Positions 31,416 to 40,801 of a stretch of DNA of 64,000 bases are shown one piece after another. This stretch comes from Vicinamibacteria bacterium (GTDB lineage Bacteria > Acidobacteriota > Vicinamibacteria > Marinacidobacterales > Marinacidobacteraceae), in the NCBI GenBank assembly GCA_963422395.1, contig OY729431.1:1152001-1216000 (forward strand), written 5' to 3'. Below the pieces are notes generated by a model. That model was given only the letters and a program-made list of their open reading frames with translations, was not told the DNA's origin and ran no database searches. A program made the translations under genes and the position numbers. The first letter of the stretch is position 1. Every line of letters starts with the position of its first letter.

Positions 31416-32099
31416 GTGTCGTTTCGAGAAGGTTTCGGCGGGCCGTTTCCGGGTTCGCCGCAGCGGGTCGTCTGCTGTGCCATTTCCCGGGTCCGGGAGC
31501 AAACGCCGGTTCGACTCGAAGCGCTCCGCCGGGTCGGGGTGGACTTCTTCCAGCTTCGAGATCGGGAGGTTTCGGATCGCGAGTTCGAGACCTTCCTCGA
31601 ACGGCTGTCCGCCGAAGCCCCGGGAGTGCTCCGGCGAGTGCTCGTGAACGACCGGCTCGCGCTCGCTGCATCCTTTCCGGTGGCCGGGGTTCACCTGCCC
31701 GAGGACGGCCTTCCGATCGCGTCGGTCCGATCTCGGTTTCTTCGGGGCGGCCTGCTGCTCGGACGGTCGGTCCACGGAGTGGAGGGGGCGTGCGCCGCGG
31801 CCCGCGCTGGCGCGGACTATCTGATCCTGGGACCGGTCGCCGCGACGGGGAACAAGTCTCCGCTGCTCCCCGGAACCTTCGGCGAGGCCTGCCGGCGGGT
31901 CCGCATCCCGGTTTGGGTGGTCGGTGGCCTGACGCCGCGAAACCTGGAACCTCTCGCTGGAATCGGCATCTCGGGAATCGCCGCGATCCGCGCTTTCAGG
32001 GATCCGGAGGCCGCCGAGGCCCTGCTCGAGGCTCGAAACGCTTCCTTTCCCCGGGGAAAACTTCGAGCGCCTCGCACCAGCGGCGGGTACACTCGATAA
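31416..32099 (+). CDS. Thiamine phosphate synthase/TenI-family protein
   Basis: FQLRDRE, LVNDR, GVHL, GRSVH, ADYLILGPV, VWVVGG, GIAAI. Confidence 0.85.
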   Translation: MSFREGFGGPFPGSPQRVVCCAISRVREQTPVRLEALRRVGVDFFQLRDREVSDREFETFLERLSAEAPGVLRRVLVNDRLALAASFPVAGVHLPEDGLPIASVRSRFLRGGLLLGRSVHGVEGACAAARAGADYLILGPVAATGNKSPLLPGTFGEACRRVRIPVWVVGGLTPRNLEPLAGIGISGIAAIRAFRDPEAAEALLEARNASFPRGKLRAPRTSGGYTR

Positions 32100-32107
32100 T
32101 TCGGTCC

Positions 32108-33688
32108 ATGACCCCCCGGGCGGCTTGGAGCGCGGCAGTCGCCGCCTTTTTCATCGGAGCGCCGCTTTTCGCTCAGCCGGCCGACCCCCAGCTCGAGCGC
32201 GCCGCCGATCGCCGATTTCTGAGCGCCGAGCAGTTCTATGCCGGGGGGCGCCATGCGCAGGCGATCCGCGATTTCGAGGCGATTCTCGACGCGATGACGG
32301 AGAGCCGGCTCGCCGACGATGCTGCCTTGCGCATCGCCCGTCATCGTTTCGAGGTCGAGGGGGACCCGGCGGGAGCGGAAGCGATGGTGAGCCGCCTGCT
32401 CCGCGAGTTTCCCGCCAGCGATTCGGTTCCCGGCGGCCACCTGCTGCTCGGCCGGATCGCCGCCGACAGCATTCCTCCCCGCCCTGCCGCTGCTCTCGCC
32501 GAGTTCGAGCGGGCGTTGACGGCTGCCGGGCCTTCGAGCTCTCCCTGGTCCTTTGCCGCGTTGATGGGGATCGCCCGGATCTCGTGGGACCGCATGGAGG
32601 ACCGTACGGCTGCCGGCGCTCTTCTTTCGGCGCTCCACGAGACGGACGGAGCGTCGGTGACGCCGTCGAAACGGTTCGAGGCGCGGTTCCTGCTCGCCCG
32701 CAGCCTGGCCCGATTGGGGGAGGCAGACGCGGCGCTCGGCGAGATCGCGAGTCTTCGCGTGGACTTGCTGCGGACCGCAGAGAAAGAAGATCTTCCCTCC
32801 GACCCGCCGGAAGGGGAGCCGAGGGAGTTCGATGCCGGAGAGCTCGCCGAGCGCGCCAGCGAGCTCGCGACCCTGGTGGCGCGATATCGCGCGCCCGACG
32901 GTCTGGAGTGGCGTTTCAGCGGAGCGCTCAAGCCGCCGAGGGATCTTGAGGAACCGCGCCGGATCCGGATCGCCGACGGAGTTCTCCATCTGCTCGATCG
33001 GGACGCCGATGCGTTGCAGGTCTTCTCGACCACGGGAGAGTTTCGGAGCGCCTTCGGAATCGAGGATTCATGGGATCTGGAGTTCGACGAAGCTTCGCCG
33101 TTCGCTACCGGAGGGGCGATCCCGGTGGTTGCGGCGGAAGAGTCGCTGGTGGTGGGCGGGAACGTCATGCGCCTCCAGGCGGCGGCCGGCGGCCGCGGCT
33201 CCCAGCCGCTGCGGCGGATCCGTGCGGTGACGGTCTCGCCGGAGGGCTACTGGATCTGGGACGACCGGGAGAAAGCAGTTCTGCGCTTTGCCCGCTCGGG
33301 ACTCTTTCTCGGCAGGGTTCCGCATCCGCGCCTCGACGAGGTGCGCCGCATCGCCCGCCACCCTGCCGGGGGGCTCGTCGTCCTCGATGAACGGCAGGGA
33401 GTGCTCGCCTTCGATGCCGAAGGCCGGCGGGTGCTCCATATCTCCTCGCAGCTCGGTATCGGCGAGCCGTTGGATTTCGTCTTCGACGACCTGGGCCACC
33501 TGCTCGTTCTCGGCAGCGAAGGGCCGTCGCTCGCGGTCCACGACCGGGACCTGGCCCCGGTGACGACGCTCGCCGGCGCCGCTTGGTCGGGCGGCTCGCT
33601 GCGGCGTCCGCGTTCGCTCGATGTGGGCGCCGACGGAACGCTCTTCGTGCTCGACGAGTCCACCCGGACGGTGGCCGTGCTGCGGTGA
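32108..33688 (+). CDS. Exported TPR (BamD/CpoB-like) plus NHL/beta-propeller protein
   Basis: Signal peptide, helical TPR-like repeats, and C-terminal repeats such as PRSLDVGADGTLFVLD and PLDFVFDDLGHLLVL. Confidence 0.78.
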   Translation: MTPRAAWSAAVAAFFIGAPLFAQPADPQLERAADRRFLSAEQFYAGGRHAQAIRDFEAILDAMTESRLADDAALRIARHRFEVEGDPAGAEAMVSRLLREFPASDSVPGGHLLLGRIAADSIPPRPAAALAEFERALTAAGPSSSPWSFAALMGIARISWDRMEDRTAAGALLSALHETDGASVTPSKRFEARFLLARSLARLGEADAALGEIASLRVDLLRTAEKEDLPSDPPEGEPREFDAGELAERASELATLVARYRAPDGLEWRFSGALKPPRDLEEPRRIRIADGVLHLLDRDADALQVFSTTGEFRSAFGIEDSWDLEFDEASPFATGGAIPVVAAEESLVVGGNVMRLQAAAGGRGSQPLRRIRAVTVSPEGYWIWDDREKAVLRFARSGLFLGRVPHPRLDEVRRIARHPAGGLVVLDERQGVLAFDAEGRRVLHISSQLGIGEPLDFVFDDLGHLLVLGSEGPSLAVHDRDLAPVTTLAGAAWSGGSLRRPRSLDVGADGTLFVLDESTRTVAVLR

Positions 33689-35763
33689 GTCCGGCGAACA
33701 TCCGGCTGCGGCTCCCGCTCCGCCGTCTTGGCCTCGCGTCCTGCCTCTCGCTGGTGGGGTGGTCGTTCCTGCCGGGGGGGGCTCTGGCCGGGCAGGGAGG
33801 TTCTTCCTGGGACCCGGCGGCGGTCGCCGCGGAGCTCCTGACGCTCCGCTCCGCGGCATCCGATCCGGACGAGGCCGCCGTCGCGGTTCCCGCATTGACC
33901 CGGATCCTCGAAGAGCTCGACGAGCGGCGCGGCCCGGCGGGAGAATTGCCGCCGACCGAGGCCGAGCTGTTTCTGCGGGCCCTCGAATACCGAGCCCGGG
34001 GCCACGCCGAACGCGGAGCCCGGGAGGCAGCGGCCGATGACCTCCGCATCCTCATCCTCGCCGACCCGGCGCGGAGACTCGATCTCGTTGGATTGTCGCC
34101 GGCGGTGGTGGATCTCTTCGAAACCCAGCGCGGCGAGCTGCTCGCCCACCTCACGGTCCGCACCGAGCCTTCCGGAGCCACGGTGCTGGTGGGAGATGAA
34201 CCGATCGGCGAGACGCCGATCGTCGGGCGGCCGGTGCTCGCCGGATCCCTGGACATCCGGCTGGAGCGGCCCGGATACGCCGCGGCGCGGGAACCGCGGC
34301 GCGAAGTGTTCGCCGGGGAGATGGTCGCGATCGAGCGCGCGTTGGAGCGCGCAAGCCCCGTCCTGTCGGTGATGACCGCCCCTCCCGGGGCAATCGTCCG
34401 GGTTGCCGGCCGGGTGACGGGGACCACGGCCGGCCGGCTTCCCGAGGACCTGATCCCGCTGGTCCCGCCGCGCTTCTCCGAGGAGGAATTCTCGGCGCCC
34501 CTCGCACTCTCCGATCTGACGCTCGGCGCCAACGAGATCACCATCGAAGCCCCCTGCCGCCGCCCGGCGCGGTTCACTTTCCACGCCGATGAGGTCCGCG
34601 ACTATCTGCCGCGCTTCGTTCGTCTCGGCCCCTCGACCGGCGGGCTGCGCATCGAGAGCGAACCCGAGGGCGGGAGGGTGCTGCTCGACGGGGAAGAGCG
34701 AGGCGTCACTCCGCTCGCCTTCTCGGCCATGTGTTCCGGCGAGCATCGGGTCGAGATCCGTCACCCGGCGGGCCGCTGCGTCCGGTCGTTCACGGTTTCG
34801 CGCGCGGCGCGGACGGCGATCCGCTGCGAAGTCCGCCCCGTCCTCTCGTTCGTTCCGAGCGGTCCGCAGTCGGAACCGTCGGTGGACGAAGCCGTCCGGC
34901 GGGCGCTCGAAGGTCGGGAAGGATTCTTCCTGGCAGCCGAGGACGACGAGGAAGTGCAGGCGCGGCTCCGGGTGATGGTTCCCGAACTCGGGGCCGGGCC
35001 CTCGCGGATCGAATTTTTCGCTGCGGGTTCCTTGGTTCCGGATACTGCCGGTTTCGACCGGTTCGCTCCGGAAAGCGCGGCGCGGGCGGCCCTCGAGCTG
35101 CTGACTCCGCCAGTGCGCCGCCGCCCCTGGCTCGGGCTCACCGCCGCGGTCCGCCGGTCCTTCGGGGCGGAAGAGGCCGGATTCCGACTGGAAGTGTCCA
35201 GCGTTCATCCGGCGGGTCCGGCGGTGCTCGCCGGTATCGAACCGGGGGATGGGCTGATCGAGGTGGAAGGCAGGCTGGTCCCGGAGGAAGCCTCGCTGGC
35301 CATGATCGTGGATTCGCTCTCGCCTGGCGCCTCGGTGGACATCCTGGTGCGTCGAGAAGGAGCTGCCCGGACGCTGCATCTGACCCTCGACGAGACCCCG
35401 GTGCTGGCTTCGCTTCGGAGCAGGCAGTGCAACCGTCGGCTGGTTGCCCTCGAAGGAGAGTTCGCCCGCAGTCAGCGCGACGCGGCCCGGGAGCTGGAGG
35501 CGGGCATCTGCTGGATCATGCTCGGGGATCCCAGCCGCGCTCTGCGAGAGCACCTGAACGATCTGCGTCTCTCCGGGAGCGCGGGGATCGGCGAGGGTAC
35601 GGTTCTCTACTATCGGGGTCTCGCTCTTCTCGCCGCTGCGGAACCCGCGCGCGCGGCGGCGGCGTTCGAAGCCGCCGCGGCGGTTCCGGGAGCCACCCTC
35701 GTGACCCACGACGGCCCGCTCCTCGCCCCGCTGGCCCGGCGCCGTGCCGCGATGCCCCGCTGA
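33685..35763 (+). CDS. Exported PEGA-repeat plus PDZ plus TPR protein
   Basis: PEGA motifs (LTVRTEPSGATVLV..GETP, LRIESEPEGGRVLLDG..GVTP) and PDZ (WLGL...VHPAGPAVLAGIEPGDGLIEVEG). GTGA overlap with the upstream gene. Confidence 0.8.
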   Translation: MSPANIRLRLPLRRLGLASCLSLVGWSFLPGGALAGQGGSSWDPAAVAAELLTLRSAASDPDEAAVAVPALTRILEELDERRGPAGELPPTEAELFLRALEYRARGHAERGAREAAADDLRILILADPARRLDLVGLSPAVVDLFETQRGELLAHLTVRTEPSGATVLVGDEPIGETPIVGRPVLAGSLDIRLERPGYAAAREPRREVFAGEMVAIERALERASPVLSVMTAPPGAIVRVAGRVTGTTAGRLPEDLIPLVPPRFSEEEFSAPLALSDLTLGANEITIEAPCRRPARFTFHADEVRDYLPRFVRLGPSTGGLRIESEPEGGRVLLDGEERGVTPLAFSAMCSGEHRVEIRHPAGRCVRSFTVSRAARTAIRCEVRPVLSFVPSGPQSEPSVDEAVRRALEGREGFFLAAEDDEEVQARLRVMVPELGAGPSRIEFFAAGSLVPDTAGFDRFAPESAARAALELLTPPVRRRPWLGLTAAVRRSFGAEEAGFRLEVSSVHPAGPAVLAGIEPGDGLIEVEGRLVPEEASLAMIVDSLSPGASVDILVRREGAARTLHLTLDETPVLASLRSRQCNRRLVALEGEFARSQRDAARELEAGICWIMLGDPSRALREHLNDLRLSGSAGIGEGTVLYYRGLALLAAAEPARAAAAFEAAAAVPGATLVTHDGPLLAPLARRRAAMPR

Positions 35764-35773
35764 TGGAATCCGG

Positions 35774-36427
35774 TTGAGCGAAAGCCGATCCGGGCACGCC
35801 GCTCCGATCTATACGCTGGTGGTGGAGACGGCTCCGTCCGGGACCGCTCCCAGGGAGCAGCAACCGCCGCCGGCGCGCCACGAGATCGCGTCCCGGGAGA
35901 CCGTGATCGGGCGCTCTCCGGCGGCTACGGTGCGGCTCGACGATCTCTTCGTCAGCATCCGGCACGCGCGGCTGCTGCTCCGCGATCACGACCTGCACCT
36001 CGAAGATCTCGGCAGCACGAACACCACTCGCCGGAACGGAGTCGTGGTCCGGACCCGGGTGCGGGTGAACGCCGGCGATGTCCTCGAATTCGGACCGGTC
36101 CGCTGCCGCGTCGAGGGAGAGGGAACCGCCCCCGGAGAACGGGCGGCCTCGTCCGAAGCTCCCGCCGCTGCGTCTCCTCCCGCCGAGACGGCGCCCCGGC
36201 GGCCGGCTTCCGGGGCTGCGCCGCCCTCGAGCCCGGAACCGAATGGGCCGGACCCCGTGCCCGCCGGCCCGCGAGCGCCCGCTCGGCCGGCGGCTGAACC
36301 GCCCCGCGTCTTCGCGGCCGGCCCGTTTCCCGGGGAACCGCGCCGCACGCGGATCCGGGCAGCTCTCTGGCTCGCGGCGGTGCTCGCGGTGCTTGCGGCG
36401 GTTTCTTCGGCAGGGCTCTTCCGATGA
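35774..36427 (+). CDS. FHA-domain membrane-anchored protein
   Basis: VIGRS, VSIRHARL, EDLGSTNTT..NG, Pro-rich linker, C-terminal TM. Start uncertain. Confidence 0.85.
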   Translation: MSESRSGHAAPIYTLVVETAPSGTAPREQQPPPARHEIASRETVIGRSPAATVRLDDLFVSIRHARLLLRDHDLHLEDLGSTNTTRRNGVVVRTRVRVNAGDVLEFGPVRCRVEGEGTAPGERAASSEAPAAASPPAETAPRRPASGAAPPSSPEPNGPDPVPAGPRAPARPAAEPPRVFAAGPFPGEPRRTRIRAALWLAAVLAVLAAVSSAGLFR

Positions 36428-37335
36428 AACCGCGCGCGGTGCTTCCCGGCGCCGTCCTCGGCATCCTGGCCCCGGCGAGCCCGGTCCAGCTGCGCTGGCT
36501 CGAAGCCGGCGAGCGAGAGTTGCGCGAGCGAGGCTTTCACCCGCGCCGCGGATCGAATCTGCTCGCCCGCCGCGAGTACACCGCGGGTTCCGCCGACGAA
36601 CGCGCCGCGGACTTTCTGGAGCTCTGGGGCGATGCACGGGTGGCGGCCCTCTGGTGCGCCCGCGGGGGCTACGGCAGCCTCGACCTGCTCTCCCGGATCC
36701 CCCCGGATCGTATGCGCCAGGACCCCAAGGCGATCCTCGGCGCGAGCGATGCGACGGCGCTGCTGGCGCTGGCGTCGAGCGCCGGGGTCGTCTCCTTCCA
36801 CGGCCCGATGGTGGCCCAGCAGATAGCACGGGGAGTAGGTTCTTGGGACGCCGAAGAGACCCTCGCGGTCCTGGGCGCCCGGGAGGCGGGCCTCCAGCTG
36901 CCCTGGCGCGGGGCGAAGCTGCTGCACCCCGGCACCGCGGAGGGGGTGCTCCGGGGCGGGTGCCTTTCGCTCCTGGCGGCGCTCGCCGGAACTCGCTTCG
37001 CGGTGGGCTTCGGGGGAGCGATCGCGGTACTCGAGGACATCGCGGTCAAGCCCTACCAGATCGAACGAATGCTGACCCAACTGAGGCTCGCCGGACTCCT
37101 CGACGGAGTGCGGGGCATCGTCTTCGGAGAGATGCCGGGCTCGATCCAGCACCCGGACCAGGGATACACGATCGAGGAGCTCCTCCTCCGTCTCACCGAG
37201 CGGTTCGGCGTCCCGACCGCGATGGGTTTCGCGACTGGCCACACCGCGGCAGCCCCCGGCCGGACGATTCCGTTCGAGGTGCGCGCCCGGATGGACGAGC
37301 ACGGTCTGACTCTCCTCGAAGGCGCCGTTCGGTGA
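36424..37335 (+). CDS. ldcA: LD-carboxypeptidase (peptidase S66)
   Basis: APAS, ARGGYGS, GASDAT, HGP, LEDI, GH. Confidence 0.92.
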   Translation: MKPRAVLPGAVLGILAPASPVQLRWLEAGERELRERGFHPRRGSNLLARREYTAGSADERAADFLELWGDARVAALWCARGGYGSLDLLSRIPPDRMRQDPKAILGASDATALLALASSAGVVSFHGPMVAQQIARGVGSWDAEETLAVLGAREAGLQLPWRGAKLLHPGTAEGVLRGGCLSLLAALAGTRFAVGFGGAIAVLEDIAVKPYQIERMLTQLRLAGLLDGVRGIVFGEMPGSIQHPDQGYTIEELLLRLTERFGVPTAMGFATGHTAAAPGRTIPFEVRARMDEHGLTLLEGAVR

Positions 37336-37386
37336 TTTCCGGCGCTTCGATCCGGCCCGGACTCCTCGGCCGGTGATCCCCGCCCC

Positions 37387-38859
37387 ATGATCTTCGGCCC
37401 GACGCCCGGCGATCCGCTGCATTTGCTCGGCGTGGCGGGAACCGCCATGGCGTCTCTGGCGGGGCTTCTCTCCCGCTTCGGCTACCGGGTGACCGGCTCC
37501 GACCAGGGTGCCTATCCGCCGATGTCCACTTTGCTGGAAGGAGAGGGGATCGCGATCCGGGCGCCGTTTTCCCCGGACAACCTGCCCGACCCCTGCCGGG
37601 CGGTGATCGTCGGGAACGCAGTGTCGCGCGGAAATCCAGAACTCGAAGCTGCGCTCGACCGCAGGCTGCCGCTTTGGTCCTTCCCGGAAACCCTGCGCGA
37701 GATCTTGCTCCGCGCCCGCATCCCGGTGGTGGTCGCCGGAACCCACGGCAAGACGACGACCACGGCGCTGCTCGCCTGGATCCTCCGCTCTGCGGGCCGC
37801 GACGCCGGATTCCTCGTCGGCGGGGCGCCCGCGGACCTCGGGGGCAGCTTTCGAGCGGGCGCGCCCGGCGAGCCCTTCGTCGTCGAGGGGGACGAATACG
37901 ACACCGCCTACTGGGACAAGGGGCCGAAGTTCCTCCACTACCTCCCGGAGGTGGCGATCGTCGGCAATGTGGAGTTCGACCACGCCGACATCTACTCCGA
38001 TTTCGCTGCGGTGCGCCGGCAGTTCTCCTTCCTCGCCCGTTTGCCGCCGCGCCGCGGCCTCTTGTTGCTCGGTGCCGATTCCCCGGCGGCGCTCGATCTC
38101 CGGGAGTACGCTCACACCACGGTCCGGACCTTTTCGGTTCGAGACCCGGCCTCCGGTTCCCCTTCCGGGGGGGCGGACTGGACCGCGGCCCCGGAGGGGT
38201 CCGGCCCCGCCGGCACCCGCCTCGCGGCGGCGTTTCGGAGAGAGGCGAAGCCGCCGCTCGAAGGCCGTTTCTGGGGTGCGGCTTCGGCTCGCAATGTGCT
38301 GGCCGCCGCCGCTGCTGCAGACTGGCTCGGAGTCTCCTGGAGGCAGATCGGGGACGCGGTGCGGAGTTTTTCCGGGGTGGCCCGGCGCCTCGAGGTCCTC
38401 GCCTCCCGGGCGGATGGGAGCGTCGTGGTCGTGCGCGATTTCGCCCACCACCCCACCGCGGTGGAAGCCGTGCTCGAAGCTGCGGCAAAGCGCTGGCCGG
38501 ACGCCCGACGGGTGGCGGTCTTCGAACCGCGCTCCTTCACCGCCCGCAGCGCACACTTCCAGGGGCGTTTCGCGCAGTCCTTCCGGAACGCGGCCCGGGT
38601 GCTGCTCGCTGCCGATACCGGCGAGTCGCGCGGCCGCCACCCGGAAGAGGCTGCTCGCCTCGACCTCGACCGGCTCGCGGCCGATCTCGCGGCGCACGCC
38701 GTCCCCGCCGAGGTTCCGACCGGCCATGCCGCCCTCGTCGAGCGGGTCCTCGAACTGGCGGACTCTCCCGAACCCACCGTCTTCCTCTTCCTCTCGAACG
38801 GCCATTTCGACGGCATCCCCGAACGGGCCGCCCGAACTCTCGGGTTACCGCACAGCTGA
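37387..38859 (+). CDS. mpl: Murein peptide ligase
   Basis: GVAGTAMASLA, YPPMS, AGTHGKTTT, EGDEYDTAYWDK, DFAHHPTAV, FEPRS. Confidence 0.92.
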   Translation: MIFGPTPGDPLHLLGVAGTAMASLAGLLSRFGYRVTGSDQGAYPPMSTLLEGEGIAIRAPFSPDNLPDPCRAVIVGNAVSRGNPELEAALDRRLPLWSFPETLREILLRARIPVVVAGTHGKTTTTALLAWILRSAGRDAGFLVGGAPADLGGSFRAGAPGEPFVVEGDEYDTAYWDKGPKFLHYLPEVAIVGNVEFDHADIYSDFAAVRRQFSFLARLPPRRGLLLLGADSPAALDLREYAHTTVRTFSVRDPASGSPSGGADWTAAPEGSGPAGTRLAAAFRREAKPPLEGRFWGAASARNVLAAAAAADWLGVSWRQIGDAVRSFSGVARRLEVLASRADGSVVVVRDFAHHPTAVEAVLEAAAKRWPDARRVAVFEPRSFTARSAHFQGRFAQSFRNAARVLLAADTGESRGRHPEEAARLDLDRLAADLAAHAVPAEVPTGHAALVERVLELADSPEPTVFLFLSNGHFDGIPERAARTLGLPHS

Positions 38860-38880
38860 CGAAACGTTTGCCGCGGGAGT

Positions 38881-39077
38881 GTTGCCGACCGAATCACAAC
38901 GAAGAGCGAAGCGGTTCAGCCAGGGCCCCACCGGGAGGACTGGGCATCGCCGGTCGCTCCGAGCGGGGCCGAATATGGCCCCGCGAGCACGCCGGAGAGT
39001 GAGGGCTCCCGGTCGGGGAGGCTAGACCGGGAGCCCCTCGCTACTCGGCAATGCCGTGTGACTTCGTCCACGGGCTG
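38881..39077 (-). mobile_element. MITE-like structured repeat family B, copy 2
   Basis: Reverse complement CAGCCCGTGGACGAAGTCACACGGCATTGCCGAGTAGCGAGGGGCTCCCGGTC... aligns with the copy at 31124 onward. It begins right after the amidase TAG. Confidence 0.7.
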
Positions 39078-40772
39078 CTAAAGGCTCGGGTGGCGTTCGT
39101 GGTAGTCGGTTGCGTCCTGAAGCGCCTTCGCGGCGCGCAGGAGCCGTTCCTCTCCGTAGATCTGCCCCACGAGCGAGATGCCCGTCGGCGTACCGTCCGC
39201 GGTGAAACCGTTGGGTACGGTCACGACCGGGTGGCCGGTCATGCTCGTCAGCGGATTGATCGCGCGCCACGGAGACAAGACGGCGTCGATGTCCGCCATC
39301 TCGTCGGCCATCTCTTCCATGAACAGCCGCCGGATTCGGTTGGCCTGCAAGTACTCGACCGCGGGGACGAGATGGGACGCGCGGAGCTCGCCGCGATGCC
39401 GCTGCCGCTTCAGGTCTCGGTCTCGCCGGGTCCGCGCGAATTCGTCGAAACCGGCCGCGCGCTCCACGTACTCGATGAAATAGGTGAGGCGGCTCTGCGG
39501 GATCGCCACCGGTTTCAGGTCGTAGCCCAGCGACCGAAGAGTGGCCAGGCTCTCGCGGGCCGACGCCTCGTTCTCTTCGTCTCTTGAGGGCTCCGGATCC
39601 GCGAACGCGGACTCGAGATAGCCGAGCCGCAGATCGCGCGCGGAAGCGCTGCCGTCCCAATTGAACGGAACGCCGTCCACCACGGCGAGATCTCGGTCGT
39701 CGCGACCGGCGATGGCCCGCAGCACCAGCGCGTTGTCCTCGACCGTTCGGGTCATGGGTCCGATCTTGTCCAGAGAGTACCCCGCGGCCATCACCCCGTG
39801 CCGGCTGACTCTGCCGAAGGTCGGGCGGAGACCGACGATGCCGCAGCGCACCGCCGGCGAGAGGATCGAACCGCCGGTATCGGTTCCGATCGCGAACCCC
39901 ACCAGGCCGGCGGCGGTCGCCGAGCCCGAGCCGGCGGAAGACCCGCTGGAGCCTTCCTGCGGGTTCCACGGGTTGTTCGTGCGCCCGCCGAACCACTGGT
40001 CGCCGAAAGCGAGCTCACCCGTCGTGAGCTTGGCGACGAGGACTGCGCCCGCGGCATCCAGACGCTCGACGACGGCGGCGTCGATATCGAGGATCTGATC
40101 CTCGAAGGGGGCGGCACCCCAGGTCGTGCGATACCCGCGCACCGAGATGATGTCCTTGGCCCCCCAGGGAATGCCGTGGAGCGGGCCTCGGTAGCGTCCG
40201 GCAGCGATCTCGGCATCCGCTCGTTGCGCCTGCTCGCGAGCCCGGTCTCGGGTGAGAGTCACGACGCAGTTGAGGACCGGATTCAGTCGCTCGAGCCGCG
40301 AGAGATACATGTCGGTGAGCTCGATCGCGCTGACCTCGCGCGTCTCGACCAGGCGGGCCAGGTGGGTTACCGGCCAGAACGCGGCCTCCTCCAGATTCGC
40401 GGGACGCGGCACCGCGGGCACGGCTCCCAGGCGAACCCCCCGTTCGTTGCGGTCGAAACGCATCCCGGGAACGGCCGGGTTGAAATAGAGGGGAGGCGGG
40501 ACGGAGTTGTCGAGAGGCGTCTTCCGGATCTCCTGGTAGTGATCGAAATTCGCGTTCACCTCGTCCAGCATGAGGTCGTACTCCTCGTCGGTGAACTCGA
40601 GCCCGGCGAGAGCCGCGGCCTCCTGCATCATGCCGAGGTTCACGCGCTCGGCACCGGTTTCCTGCAGACGCGCCCAAAGCACGCCGGGGAACAGTGTCGT
40701 GGTCAGTCCGGCACTGGAAAAACAAGCGAGGAAATTCCTGCGCGAGTGGTCGTTCTCCGGAGAGAGTTTCAT
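39078..40772 (-). CDS. Amidase-signature-family protein with Tat signal
   Basis: SRRNFL Tat motif, GPLHGIPWGAKD, GSSGSSAGS, GTDTGGSI, GLRPTFGRVS. Confidence 0.93.
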   Translation of the reverse strand: MKLSPENDHSRRNFLACFSSAGLTTTLFPGVLWARLQETGAERVNLGMMQEAAALAGLEFTDEEYDLMLDEVNANFDHYQEIRKTPLDNSVPPPLYFNPAVPGMRFDRNERGVRLGAVPAVPRPANLEEAAFWPVTHLARLVETREVSAIELTDMYLSRLERLNPVLNCVVTLTRDRAREQAQRADAEIAAGRYRGPLHGIPWGAKDIISVRGYRTTWGAAPFEDQILDIDAAVVERLDAAGAVLVAKLTTGELAFGDQWFGGRTNNPWNPQEGSSGSSAGSGSATAAGLVGFAIGTDTGGSILSPAVRCGIVGLRPTFGRVSRHGVMAAGYSLDKIGPMTRTVEDNALVLRAIAGRDDRDLAVVDGVPFNWDGSASARDLRLGYLESAFADPEPSRDEENEASARESLATLRSLGYDLKPVAIPQSRLTYFIEYVERAAGFDEFARTRRDRDLKRQRHRGELRASHLVPAVEYLQANRIRRLFMEEMADEMADIDAVLSPWRAINPLTSMTGHPVVTVPNGFTADGTPTGISLVGQIYGEERLLRAAKALQDATDYHERHPSL

Positions 40773-40801
40773 CGGGCGCCTCGCTACTCGGCACTCGTCT
40801 G

